Translations under genes and position numbers: made by a program
Source of the DNA: Neisseria musculi
GTDB taxonomy: Bacteria > Pseudomonadota > Gammaproteobacteria > Burkholderiales > Neisseriaceae
Assembly (NCBI RefSeq): GCF_042649805.1
Contig: NZ_JBHRZW010000038.1
Strand: one strand, 5' to 3'
Length of the DNA: 32,000 bases
Shown here: in pieces, positions 1 through 9,242 of the stretch
How the letters are laid out: each line of letters begins with the position of its first letter
Position numbering within the stretch: the stretch's first letter is position 1
The notes under the pieces: model-generated
Seen by the model: the letters and a program-made list of their open reading frames with translations, nothing else
What the model was told of the DNA's origin: nothing
Databases searched by the model: none

Positions 1-37
1 CAAGGTTTCAAACGGCCTCGGTCTGCTTCAGTATTGA

Positions 38-1612
38 TTACTTAGCGCTGTTCACGGCGGCTTTCAGATGGCCGTAGCCTTCTTCGTCCATTTTATCGAG
101 CGGGATAAAGCGCAGGCTGGCGCCGTTGATGCAGTAGCGCAGGCCGCCTTTGGCGGGCGGGCCGTCCGGGAAAACGTGCCCCAGGTGTGAATCGGCGGCG
201 GCGCTGCGCACTTCGGTGCGGCGCATGTTGTAGCTGAAATCGCTGTGTTCGGTAACGGAAGAGGCGGCAATCGGGCGGGTGAAGCTCGGCCAGCCACAGC
301 CCGAATCGTATTTGTCGGCAGAGCTGAATAAGGGTTCGCCGCTGACAATGTCCACATAAATGCCGGGGGCAAACAGGTGGTCGTATTCGTGGCTGAAGGC
401 GTATTCGGTGCCGTTTTGCCGGGTGATGCGGTATTGCTCGGCGGTGAGCCGTTTTTTCAGCTCGGTATCGCTCGGTTTGCGGTAGGTGGCGGCATTAAAG
501 CCTTTGCTGCCTTTCGGCGCGGTTTTGCCGGGCAGGGGCTCATCGGCTTTGCGGATATCGATGTGGCAATAGCCGTTGGGGTTTTTAACCAGATAATCCT
601 GATGGTATTTCTCGGCTTCGTAAAAATGTTTGAGCGGCAGGTTTTCCACCACTAAAGGTTGGGCGTATTTTTGCTGCTCCTGTTTCAGCGCGGCGGCAAT
701 CACGGCCTGCTCGGCCTGGTCGGTGTAATACACGCCGGTGCGGTATTGGGTGCCCCGGTCGTTGCCTTGTTTGTTGAGGCTGGTGGGATCGATCACGCGG
801 AAATAGTATTGCAGGATGTCGTTAAGGCTGAGTTTGTCGGCATCGTAAACCACGCGCACGGTTTCGGCATGGCCGGTGTTGCGGCGCACCACGTCTTCAT
901 ACGAAGGGTTTTCGGTATTGCCGTTGGCGTAGCCGGAAACGGCATCGATTACGCCGCCGATACGTTGGAAATAGGCTTCCAGGCCCCAGAAGCAGCCGCC
1001 GGCAAGATAAATGGTTTTGGCGTTCATTGCAGCAGATTCCTTTTTCTGAGCGGGTTTGTAGAATGTGTTTTTCAGACGGCCTATGTCGGCTTCGTGATTT
1101 TCAACCAACGCCAATGCCTGTGCTTCGTTGAGGCTGCCTTTTATGATGCGGGCGAGGTTGCCGTGTTTGTCGAGCACTGCCCACGAGGGGTAAACGCCGA
1201 TATTCAGGCTTTTGGCCAAGCCGCCGCCTTCATCGGTAATCACGGGCAGTTTGGGATAATCCAGACCACGGTACCATTGCAGAAAATCGGCTTGGTTTTT
1301 TTCGCCGAGAAAGCCGGGCGAGGCCACAGTAATCAGGTTGGCCGTTTGAAAGCGCTTATCTTGCGCCCATTGTTCGGTGGCGGCAAGCTCCGACAAACAC
1401 AAAGGGCACCAGCTTGCCCAAAATTTTATCAGCGTGGGCCTGCCTTCGGCCAAATGGCGGGCGGCGGGTTTGCCCTGCGTGTCGTGCAGCTTTTGCAATG
1501 CCGCAGGCACGGGCGCGGCATTGCCGGGCTTGGTGTGGAAGAGAAACAGTGCGGCAACCAGGACGGGTATGGCCGACAATATCAGCATTTTCCAAAATGC
1601 GGGCAGTTTCAC
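38..1612 (-). CDS. msrAB: Trifunctional thioredoxin-MsrA-MsrB peptide methionine sulfoxide reductase (PilB/MsrAB type)
   Basis: ORF 38..1699 carries a thioredoxin WCPLC motif, the MsrA GCFWG motif and the MsrB CGWPSF and RYCING motifs in one chain. It is collinear with gonococcal PilB/MsrAB as I remember it. Start placed at GTG 1612 (AGGAGA 6 nt upstream); ATG 1588 is an alternative. The N-terminus is hydrophobic (signal or anchor). Confidence 0.9.
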   Translation of the reverse strand: MKLPAFWKMLILSAIPVLVAALFLFHTKPGNAAPVPAALQKLHDTQGKPAARHLAEGRPTLIKFWASWCPLCLSELAATEQWAQDKRFQTANLITVASPGFLGEKNQADFLQWYRGLDYPKLPVITDEGGGLAKSLNIGVYPSWAVLDKHGNLARIIKGSLNEAQALALVENHEADIGRLKNTFYKPAQKKESAAMNAKTIYLAGGCFWGLEAYFQRIGGVIDAVSGYANGNTENPSYEDVVRRNTGHAETVRVVYDADKLSLNDILQYYFRVIDPTSLNKQGNDRGTQYRTGVYYTDQAEQAVIAAALKQEQQKYAQPLVVENLPLKHFYEAEKYHQDYLVKNPNGYCHIDIRKADEPLPGKTAPKGSKGFNAATYRKPSDTELKKRLTAEQYRITRQNGTEYAFSHEYDHLFAPGIYVDIVSGEPLFSSADKYDSGCGWPSFTRPIAASSVTEHSDFSYNMRRTEVRSAAADSHLGHVFPDGPPAKGGLRYCINGASLRFIPLDKMDEEGYGHLKAAVNSAK

Positions 1613-1994
1613 GGGTGTTCTCCTGTTGTAACGGTAAACCGGGGCGGAAGGCCTGTTTCGGCATCTCAGGCAATAGGTGCCGCAAATAAAGTTTTCCACC
1701 GTATGAAAGCAGACGGAAAAGGCGGCGGAAACTTACACGGTTTGATGAAAAACAGGCGGGCATGGTTGGCGGTTGCCGCCTTTACGGGCATCAAAACCGC
1801 CCGAGCGCCAATAACGGCTAACGGCGTTGCAGCTTTTCAGACGGCCGATTATTTTTAATCTGCCCGCAGCAGGCAAGGTTTGGCGTGGCGCTGATTGGGC
1901 GCAGGACCATACCTCCGCAGGGAGCACGCGCGCGTTTTCGGCAAAACTAAAGCCGCCCGGCAGAAAAGCCAATAACCAAGCCTTGCCCAACCTC

Positions 1995-2022
1995 AGGCCG
2001 TCTGAAACCATTCAGACGGCCT
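1995..2022 (-). terminator. Inverted DUS pair hairpin downstream of the 2143..3171 gene
   Basis: The sequence aggccgtctgaa-acca-ttcagacggcct is a perfect 12-bp inverted repeat with a 4-nt loop. It has no strong U-tract, so terminator function is inferred from position only. Confidence 0.45.
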
Positions 2023-2142
2023 GTCTGATTTTAAATGTCGGTCATACAAGCAGCTTCTGTTGCCGCCGGGCGGCTTGCAAAATGGTTTTCTTCAGGCCGA
2101 GATGCCGCCATGCGGCAACGGAAATAAAGCGGATTCGCCATA

Positions 2143-3171
2143 TCATGCCTCGGGCAGGGTGACCGGCTGATAGGGCGGAATATCCAAAACGTAGCGTATC
2201 CAATTGCCGAAGCTGTACTTTTGGCGGATTTCGGTGGAGATTTCGTGATAGGGGCGTTTTAGGAAATCATCTATGCCGTTGAATGTTGTGCCGTCCCAGA
2301 TAAAGATGTTGTTTGGGTGGTAAAAATCGTATTTGGCGGCTTCGGCGTTGGTGGTAATCAGTTTTTTGCGGTAGCCGAGTGCTTCAAACGCGCGGAACGA
2401 CAGGCCGTTGTGTACGGGTGTTTTGAAATCGACCAGCACTTTGGCGCGGGCGGTGTGTTGCAGGTTTTCGGCGTAATCGGCGGTTTGGGTGGAAATTTTA
2501 ATATTGTTTGGGTAGCGGGTGCGGCAGGCTTGCGCTTCTTTGGCGGCGCAGATGATGTTGAAATCCAGAGTCCAGCCGTGCGCGAGGGCTTGGTTTCCGA
2601 ATTCGGCAATCACGCTGCTGCGTTCGGGCAGGTGCGAGCCGATGAAATAGAAATCGGTTTGTGCTTCGCCGGCCGGCGGGGCGGGGTGGTCGAAATAGAA
2701 ATTGGTCAGCGGCAGAAAGTTGCTGCCGGACTGCAAATCGGCGGGGTCGAACACATAAAAGCGGTCGAAGTTGGCAACGGTTTGCCAGATATCGGGATAG
2801 CGGTTCATGCCGTCCCATTGGTAGTTGGCCATGATGCCGCGGGTGCGGCGGCGGATATCGGCCAGCATTTCGGGTGTGTAGAGATCGCCTCTGATAAAAA
2901 GGGCGTAATCGACCCCGCCGGCTGCATCGAGTGTGCTTAAGAGATTCTGGTAGAATACGGCGGCCTGCAATTTCTGCTTGGCCTGTTTGTCACGCAGCAC
3001 CAGCTGCCTGAATTTGGTTTGCAGGCGTGCTGCCAGCGAGGGATAGCGGAATGTGTGGGAATCGGCAACCAAATGAATCACGTTGAAACCGTGATGCTCG
3101 AGATTGGCCTGAATGCTTCGGTAGATGCCCATATGGTCGGGCATGCCTAAAAAAACGGTCGGTTGGTTCAT
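2143..3171 (-). CDS. Putative glycosyltransferase-like protein, unassigned family (paralog 1)
   Basis: 342-aa ORF, collinear paralog of 3205..4269. Shared blocks are NYQWDG, FDR.YVFD, TNFYFD, YFIG, GLSFRAFEA, KKLIT.N, DFYHPNNIF and YSFG.WI. The C-terminal GLSFRxFEAxxxxKKLIT block resembles the GT-B donor-binding helix motif. I do not recognise a named family. Confidence 0.6.
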   Translation of the reverse strand: MNQPTVFLGMPDHMGIYRSIQANLEHHGFNVIHLVADSHTFRYPSLAARLQTKFRQLVLRDKQAKQKLQAAVFYQNLLSTLDAAGGVDYALFIRGDLYTPEMLADIRRRTRGIMANYQWDGMNRYPDIWQTVANFDRFYVFDPADLQSGSNFLPLTNFYFDHPAPPAGEAQTDFYFIGSHLPERSSVIAEFGNQALAHGWTLDFNIICAAKEAQACRTRYPNNIKISTQTADYAENLQHTARAKVLVDFKTPVHNGLSFRAFEALGYRKKLITTNAEAAKYDFYHPNNIFIWDGTTFNGIDDFLKRPYHEISTEIRQKYSFGNWIRYVLDIPPYQPVTLPEA

Positions 3172-3191
3172 GGCGGCGGTTTTATGGTTTT

Positions 3192-3228
3192 TTCAGACGG
3201 CCTGTTATCGTGATGGCGGCCGTCTGAA
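3192..3228 (-). terminator. Inverted DUS pair between the two paralogs, overlapping the 3' end of 3205..4269
   Basis: The sequence is ttcagacggcc-(15 nt)-ggccgtctgaa. The last codons of the upstream paralog (LFRRPPSR) are encoded by the DUS pair itself. Confidence 0.4.
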
Positions 3229-4269
3229 AAGCGGCGGGGGCGGCAAAGGTTTTACGGGCAGTGTGTGTTGCGGGGGGGCGAATGCCCGCTTTATCCAGCT
3301 TCCAAACGAATAATAGTGTTTGATTTCGGGATCCAGGGCAACGTAGGGCTGGTTGAGAAAATCTTCCAACCCATCGAGATTGCTGCCGTTGAACACGAAG
3401 ATATTGTTTGGATGATAGAAATCGTAGCCGGTAACGGTTTGGTTGTTGGTAATCAGTTTTTTGTCGAAACACATGGCATCGAAAACCCGAAACGACAGGC
3501 CGTAGTGGTCGAATTGGACAAAATCGACAACGGCGCGGCTGCCGCACACTTTTTGCAGGTTTTGCTCGAAACTGAGCACGGTGGAACGGTTGAGATAGGT
3601 GATGCCTTCGGTGCCCAAGATTTTGCGGGCGCGCTGGTCTTTGCAGTAGATATGGAAATCGAGCGGCAGTTTCAGACGGCGTGCCGCTTCGATAAAGCGT
3701 TGGGTATCGGCGGCGCGGCGGGCTTCATAGCCGCCGAGAAAATACAGGCCGTTGCTGCCGTTTTTGCCTGAGACGGGAAAGTCGAAATAAAAATTGGTGG
3801 TTGCTTCGAGACGGTGTTGGGGATATTTGGCCACATCGTTTTTGTCGAACACGAAACAGCGGTCGAAATAAGGCAGGTAGTCGATGATGTCGGGAAAGCG
3901 GCCGATGCCGTCCCATTGGTAGTTGATGCAGAAAGCGGAATGTTCGCGGATTGTTTTAATGAAGGCTTTGGGGTGGATGTTGGCGCGTATGCACAGGGCA
4001 AAATCGGCTTTTTTTCCGCCCAGCATGGCGAGCTTGCGCTCGATTTCGCTTTGAAAGCGCGAAAACTTCAGCTTTTTCTTATAGTCGGGGTTTTTGGTGA
4101 TTTTTTTGTGGTAGAGCGCAACCAGCCGGCAGCCCGGGTGGGGATAGTAGGAATCGCGGTCGTCATAACACAGATTGATAACGTCAAAACCGTGGTAGCG
4201 CAGGTTTTTTTCGATACATTGATCCAAGCCATACATATAAGGCACGGCCAAAATAACGGTTTTATTCAT
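3205..4269 (-). CDS. Putative glycosyltransferase-like protein, unassigned family (paralog 2, AT-shifted)
   Basis: 354-aa ORF with the same block order as 2143..3171. Hand-counted 60-nt lines give about 42-48% GC, against about 62% in a fabD line. A G7 tract lies at 3272..3278 near the 3' end. Confidence 0.6.
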   Translation of the reverse strand: MNKTVILAVPYMYGLDQCIEKNLRYHGFDVINLCYDDRDSYYPHPGCRLVALYHKKITKNPDYKKKLKFSRFQSEIERKLAMLGGKKADFALCIRANIHPKAFIKTIREHSAFCINYQWDGIGRFPDIIDYLPYFDRCFVFDKNDVAKYPQHRLEATTNFYFDFPVSGKNGSNGLYFLGGYEARRAADTQRFIEAARRLKLPLDFHIYCKDQRARKILGTEGITYLNRSTVLSFEQNLQKVCGSRAVVDFVQFDHYGLSFRVFDAMCFDKKLITNNQTVTGYDFYHPNNIFVFNGSNLDGLEDFLNQPYVALDPEIKHYYSFGSWIKRAFAPPQHTLPVKPLPPPPLFRRPPSR

Positions 4270-4285
4270 GATGGGCTGTCAGATT

Positions 4286-4316
4286 TTCAGACGGCCTCTG
4301 CGGTTGGCCGTCTGAA
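4286..4316 (-). terminator. Inverted DUS pair hairpin downstream of fabD
   Basis: The sequence ttcagacggcc-tctgcggtt-ggccgtctgaa lies between the fabD stop (4329) and the start of the next gene (4269). Confidence 0.5.
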
Positions 4317-4328
4317 AAAGTTTCGTTG

Positions 4329-5258
4329 TCAGGCATATGATTCGATAAAGGCCGCTATCTGCCCGGAATCGGTCAGCGCGCTGCACGAGGCTGCCGGGTT
4401 GATGCGCTTGGCCAGGCCGGCCAAAACTTTGCCGGGGCCGCATTCTGCAGACTGGGTAATGCCTTGGGCAACCAGCGCATTGACGGTTTCCGTCCAGCGC
4501 ACCGGGCTGTAAAGCTGGCGCACTAAAGCGTTTTTGATTTTTTCGGCATCATCGTAGGCGGCCACATCGGCGTTGTGGATAATGCGGATCTGCGGCGTTT
4601 GGATAACCACATTTTTCAATGCTTCGGCCAGTTTTTCGGCCGCAGGCTTCATCAGGCTGCAATGGGAAGGCACCGAAACCGGCAGCGGCAGGGCGCGTTT
4701 GGCGCCTTTTACTTTGGCCAGATCCATCGCACGCGCTATTGCAGCGGTGTCTCCGGCAACCACTACTTGGCCGGGCGAATTGAAATTGACGGCTTCGGCC
4801 ACGCCGCCTTGGGCGGCTTCGGCGCACACTTCGCGCACCGCATCATCGTCCAATCCCAAAATGGCGGCCATGGCGCCTTCGCCCTGCGGCACAGCATCCT
4901 GCATCAATTCGGCACGAAGGCGCACGAGTTTGACGGCATCGGCAAAATCCAATGCGCCCGCTGCCGTCAATGCGGTGTATTCGCCCAAGCTGTGCCCCGC
5001 CGCCACGGCGGGAGCTTTGCCGCCCGCTTCGAGATAGGCGCGGTAAACGGCCATGCCTGCGGCCAGCATCAGCGGCTGGGTATTGACGGTTTCGTTGATG
5101 GGGGCGGCATCGCTGCCGTTAATCATTGCCCACAAATCTCGGTCGAGTGCGGCGGAGGCTTCGTCAAAAGTGGCTTTCACAACGGCGGCGCCGCTAAAGC
5201 CGTTCATCATGCCGAGACTCTGCGAGCCCTGGCCGGGAAAGAAAAATGCGAAAGACAT
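4329..5258 (-). CDS. fabD: Malonyl-CoA:ACP transacylase
   Basis: 309 aa. N-terminal FPGQGSQ motif and active-site GHSLGEY motif, with typical FabD length. Confidence 0.95.
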   Translation of the reverse strand: MSFAFFFPGQGSQSLGMMNGFSGAAVVKATFDEASAALDRDLWAMINGSDAAPINETVNTQPLMLAAGMAVYRAYLEAGGKAPAVAAGHSLGEYTALTAAGALDFADAVKLVRLRAELMQDAVPQGEGAMAAILGLDDDAVREVCAEAAQGGVAEAVNFNSPGQVVVAGDTAAIARAMDLAKVKGAKRALPLPVSVPSHCSLMKPAAEKLAEALKNVVIQTPQIRIIHNADVAAYDDAEKIKNALVRQLYSPVRWTETVNALVAQGITQSAECGPGKVLAGLAKRINPAASCSALTDSGQIAAFIESYA

Positions 5259-5267
5259 GGCAGTCCT

Positions 5268-6503
5268 TTAGTTTTTTAACCATAAAGCAAACGGATTATC
5301 GGCATAATGTATCAGCAACAGATAGGTGATGGCAATATTGGTTGCCGCCACCAGCCAAAAAACGCGGATAAACGATGCTTTACCGGTTTTGTGGTTGAAG
5401 ATGCTGCGTGCCAAAAGTGCGCCCGGCCAGCCGCCGATCAGGCCGATTTGGTGCAGCTTTTTCTCCGGCACCCGCCCCAGGTAGCCGGTTTTACCGGTTT
5501 GGGTAACGGCGGTTTGTTTGTCGCTGCGGTAAAGCCAAAAGGCCGCCGCGCTGGAGAGCAGGTAAAACACCGCCAGCTTGGTGGAATAATAATTGACCGC
5601 CAGCAGGTAAAGCGCACCGCTCAGGCCGTAATACAACAATTTGCGCATATTCAGATTAACCTCGTGGTAGTCGTAGGGGCGGTCGGAAAACAGCGCGGCT
5701 TCGTGGCCGCTCAACACCACTTTCAAGGCTTTCTGGGGTTCGCTGCCGGCGGGGCGGTTGCAGTAGAAGCTCACCTGTTGCCCGGTTTGCGGCCGCTGCG
5801 ATGTGTAGTGGAACGCAGAAATATGAAAAAACAGGCTCTGCTGCTGCGCGGTGCGGATAAAGCCGTAACCTTTTTCGTTGTCCCAACTGATGATTTCGCC
5901 GTTTAACACGCGGTTGGCAGGCAGGGCGGCCGGCGGGTTGTGCCGGCGGGCGCCGGCTTGGTTTTCGGCCTGCATTTCGGGAGAGCCGGCTCCGCTTTCC
6001 GGCTCTCCGGCAACGGCGGCAGGCTGCGGCGGTATGGCCGGTTCGGTTTCAGACGGCCTGTCGATAATATCGGCCTCCACCAAAAGCCATTGGCCGTTGC
6101 CGTGTTTGACCAGCCTGCCTTCTAAAACTTCGCCGCTTTCGGGCACACGGGTTTGGTCGTTTAAAAACTGCCCTAAAATAAAAATCGGCGAGCTGCGCTG
6201 AACTTGGTGGATGCCGTAACCGCCGTTTTGCTGGAAGTTCCATTCGGCAAGCACTACTTCTACCCGTTCGTTTTCCTTCAGGGGCGGCAGCGGCGACACG
6301 TTTTGCGCGCGCAGGCGGTTTTTGGCATCTTGGTGCAGGCAGAAACTGATGCGGTCTCCGCTTTTCGGGAGGGGGTAGTGTTGGTTTAAAGATGAGGCTT
6401 CGAGCAAAATCCGCTGCGCGCCGTGATCGTCGGAAACCACAGAACCGCGTTTTAGTTCCGGGAACCAATGCGCTACTGTGCCGTAATGTATCTGTTTGGT
6501 CAT
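5268..6503 (-). CDS. Membrane protein with cold-shock-like OB-fold repeats and a C-terminal DUF1294 domain
   Basis: The ORF is open to 6677, but that extension reads through a DUS pair and overlaps fabH, so ATG 6503 (MTKQIHYG) is used. GEIISWDNEKGYGFI is a CSD-like motif, and two further similar N-terminal modules are present. The C-terminus (RVPEKKLHQIGLIGGWPGALLA..FNHKT) matches DUF1294 as I remember it, with hydrophobic helices. Confidence 0.75.
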   Translation of the reverse strand: MTKQIHYGTVAHWFPELKRGSVVSDDHGAQRILLEASSLNQHYPLPKSGDRISFCLHQDAKNRLRAQNVSPLPPLKENERVEVVLAEWNFQQNGGYGIHQVQRSSPIFILGQFLNDQTRVPESGEVLEGRLVKHGNGQWLLVEADIIDRPSETEPAIPPQPAAVAGEPESGAGSPEMQAENQAGARRHNPPAALPANRVLNGEIISWDNEKGYGFIRTAQQQSLFFHISAFHYTSQRPQTGQQVSFYCNRPAGSEPQKALKVVLSGHEAALFSDRPYDYHEVNLNMRKLLYYGLSGALYLLAVNYYSTKLAVFYLLSSAAAFWLYRSDKQTAVTQTGKTGYLGRVPEKKLHQIGLIGGWPGALLARSIFNHKTGKASFIRVFWLVAATNIAITYLLLIHYADNPFALWLKN

Positions 6504-6599
6504 TTTCGTAATGTGTCGGGTGGGTTGATGGTTGGGCGGCCGTAAGCTCTCCGGCTCTTTGGCCGGCCGCCGTTGTTTTATTCGCTTTGATTTCGTTCG

Positions 6600-6636
6600 G
6601 CCGTCTGAAAATATTCGTTTTTGCGTTTCAGACGGC
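6600..6636 (-). terminator. Inverted DUS pair downstream of fabH
   Basis: The sequence is gccgtctgaa-(17 nt)-ttcagacggc. No U-tract follows on the minus strand, so it may be only a partial terminator. Confidence 0.4.
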
Positions 6637-6654
6637 CTGAAGGCTGTTAAACGG

Positions 6655-7620
6655 TTAGTATTCCAGCAGCACCGCACCCCAGGCGAAACCGCCGCCTATG
6701 CCTTCTAAAAGCAGGCGTTGGCCGCGTTGGATCCGGCCGCTGCGTATGCCGCTGTCGAGGGCGAGCGGAATGGATGCGGCGGAAGTATTGCCGTGTTCCT
6801 GCACGGTCAATACGACTTTTTCCATGCCCAGCCCCAAATGTTTGGCTGTGCTCTCGATGATGCGTTTGTTGGCTTGGTGCGGCACGATCCAGTCGATTTG
6901 ATCAGACGTGAAACCTGCTTCGGTGATGACTTCATCGGCCACTTTAGCCAGCATCTTCACGGCGAGTTTGAATACGCCGGGGCCGTCCATGGTGAGAAAA
7001 GGCGTGCCCGATATTTTGCCGTTTGCTATTTGGCCCGGGGTTTTGAGCAGGTCGAGATAATTGCCGTCTGCCTTGAGTTTGCCGTGGATAATGCCGGGTG
7101 TGTCGGACGCGCCCAATACCACCGCGCCCGCACCGTCGCCGAACAATACGCAGGTGGCGCGGTCGCTCCAGTCGAGAATACGGCTGAAGGTTTCTGCGCC
7201 GACAACCAACACGTTTTTCGCCATGCCGCTTCTGATATAGGCATCGGCGGTGGTAACGGCATACATAAAGCCCGCACACACGGCCTGTACATCGAAAGCA
7301 GGGCAGCCGCTGCTGCCGATGCCGAGTTTCTGCTGCACAATGGTGGCCGTGGAGGGGAAAATCATATCGGGCGTGGAGGTGGCCACGATAATCAGATCAA
7401 GCTCTCCGGCTGCCAAGCCGGCATCTGCCAGCGCATTGCGCGCCGCTGCCGCTGCCAGATCGCTGGTTTTTTCGTGATCGGCAGCGATATGGCGGAATTT
7501 TATGCCGGTGCGTGTGGTAATCCATTCGTCTGAAGTATCGACTTTTTCGGCTAAATCATCGTTGCTGACACGGTTGGCCGGCAAATAGCTGCCCGTGCCG
7601 AGAATCTTGGCATACTGCAT
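6655..7620 (-). CDS. fabH: 3-oxoacyl-ACP synthase III
   Basis: 321 aa. N-terminus [14 protein letters not shown], the CAGF active-site Cys context, HQAN and GNTSAAS motifs. Confidence 0.95.
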   Translation of the reverse strand: MQYAKILGTGSYLPANRVSNDDLAEKVDTSDEWITTRTGIKFRHIAADHEKTSDLAAAAARNALADAGLAAGELDLIIVATSTPDMIFPSTATIVQQKLGIGSSGCPAFDVQAVCAGFMYAVTTADAYIRSGMAKNVLVVGAETFSRILDWSDRATCVLFGDGAGAVVLGASDTPGIIHGKLKADGNYLDLLKTPGQIANGKISGTPFLTMDGPGVFKLAVKMLAKVADEVITEAGFTSDQIDWIVPHQANKRIIESTAKHLGLGMEKVVLTVQEHGNTSAASIPLALDSGIRSGRIQRGQRLLLEGIGGGFAWGAVLLEY

Positions 7621-7841
7621 GGTAACGCCTTTATGATGGTTTATGGATAAGGGCTATTGTAAGATAATCCGCCTGATTTTCCCAAATATTAATCGTAAGG
7701 GCGGACGGAGGTTTCGGGCGGAACAGGCTGCGGCAGGCAGCCGGCCTGCACCGCGGACCGCAATTGAGAATAATGCAGACGCGCTTCGTTTTGTGCGCCG
7801 CCTGCGGTTGGCTGTGTTGGTTCGCTGCCCGTCAAACCGAC

Positions 7842-7879
7842 AATAAAAACAGGCGGCTTTGATAATTCAAAGCCGCCTG
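7842..7879 (-). terminator. Rho-independent terminator after tRNA-Pro
   Basis: 12-bp stem caggcggctttg / caaagccgcctg with loop ataatt, followed on the minus strand by TTTTTATT. Confidence 0.75.
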
Positions 7880-7888
7880 GGTAATATT

Positions 7889-7965
<77 letters not shown>

Positions 7966-8285
7966 AATAAGGCGCAAATTATAGGTAAAGAATTTTCGTT
8001 TGGCAAGACAAGGGCGGAAATTAGAGTGCAGCCATGCAGAAAGAAGCCAAACGGCAAGCCGCAGGCAATATCAGGCATAACCGATGCCCCATTGCCTTGC
8101 TGCACCCGCAATGAACCGGTGCGCCGGCTGATAGGGCCGTTTTTTTCAGACGGCCAAATTGCGTTTATACGCTCTGCGCCGGCGGCTGCGCGGGCGGTGC
8201 TGTTTTATCTGCCCGTAAGGCCGTCTGAACCCTTCCGGCGGCAGGCGGGATTGGCTTAGGCGGCCGGCCGGCTTGGCTGTCAAAT

Positions 8286-8996
8286 TCAGGCGGCGAGCAC
8301 CACAAAGATGGTGGGGCGTTTTCTCAGGCAGGGCAGTGTGCCGCTTTTTTGCCAGTCGGCCACGGTTCGGCTGATGATGGTTTGAGTCGGCAGTGTCAAG
8401 TCGCAGGCAATGCACAGGCGGGTGGATGGAGCAAGCGTTGCGGCCGCATCGGCCAGCAGGGCATCGTTGCGGTAGGGCGTTTCGATAAACAATTGGGTTT
8501 CTTGATGTTGGCGCGAGCGTTGCTCCAATGTTTTTAAGGCATGTATCCGCTCGTTTTTTTCAGACGGCAGATAGCCTCTGAATGCAAAATGCTGACCGTT
8601 GGCGCCCGATGCCATCAAAGCCAGCAGCAGGCTGGAGGGGCCGACCAGCGGCCGTACTTCAAAGCCGTGTGCGTGCGCCAGCGCCACCAGGCCGGCACCG
8701 GGGTCTGCCACGGCAGGGCAGCCGGCTTCGCTGACCATGCCCATGCTGCGGCCTTCCTGAAGCGGTTTGAGCAGTTCGGGCAAGGCTCGGGCATCGGTGT
8801 GTTTGTTGAGCGTTTGCAGGTTTAAACCGCGTATCGGCGCGGTTATCCCCAAATGTTTCAAATGGGCGCGGGCGGTTTTTTCGGCTTCGACCACAAAATC
8901 GGTCAGGCCGGCGATTTGCGCCTGCTCGTGCGGCAACAGGCAGGGCATGTCGGGCGCGCCGATCGGTGTAGGAATGAGATAGAGAACGGCAGACAT
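8286..8996 (-). CDS. Tetrapyrrole-methylase-fold SAM-dependent methyltransferase (RsmI-like paralog)
   Basis: 236 aa. LYLIPTPIG N-terminus, SEAGCPAVADPG and GPSS motifs, collinear with the RsmI methylase domain but shorter. Confidence 0.75.
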   Translation of the reverse strand: MSAVLYLIPTPIGAPDMPCLLPHEQAQIAGLTDFVVEAEKTARAHLKHLGITAPIRGLNLQTLNKHTDARALPELLKPLQEGRSMGMVSEAGCPAVADPGAGLVALAHAHGFEVRPLVGPSSLLLALMASGANGQHFAFRGYLPSEKNERIHALKTLEQRSRQHQETQLFIETPYRNDALLADAAATLAPSTRLCIACDLTLPTQTIISRTVADWQKSGTLPCLRKRPTIFVVLAA

Positions 8997-9242
8997 GGTT
9001 TCGGGCTTTGGTGTGTATCTATAAAAAAGTGTTTGTTTGACCGGTCCGGCCGTCTGAAAAAATCGAAATAAAAAATATTTCAGACAGCTTAGCGTTAGGG
9101 CGAATGCGCTTGGTTTCCGGCGGCGTGCAGGGCGCAGGCGGTTCAGGTTCAGGCCGCCAGCCGTCTTGGTTGCCGCTTGGGCAACCGATAAACCGTTTTC
9201 CTTGCGCCGGTATGCAGTAATGCCGCAGGTTTGCGGTGGCCG

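Noticed and set aside
1688-1697. Sigma-E/ECF-type -35-like GGAAAACTT (minus strand) upstream of msrAB, a gene known to be ECF-controlled in pathogenic Neisseria
   Set aside because: I could not find a convincing matching -10 (TCNAA-like) at the right spacing, and I do not reliably remember the neisserial consensus. The evidence is too weak to annotate.
659-1858. 399-aa plus-strand ORF (and the smaller ORFs 64..372, 377..655, 1356..1763) overlapping msrAB
   Set aside because: These are antisense to a gene with unmistakable Trx/MsrA/MsrB motifs. The translation is Gly/Ala/Val-rich with no motifs, which is the typical open antisense frame of high-GC DNA.
6504-6677. N-terminal 58-codon extension of the DUF1294 ORF (track start 6677)
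   Set aside because: The extension overlaps the 3' end of fabH and is translated through an inverted DUS pair (..FRPSETQKRIFSDGR..). The internal ATG at 6503 gives a sensible N-terminus. The same logic was applied to the extended ORFs of recJ, pgi, the OmpA-like gene, msrC, plsX and the transporter.
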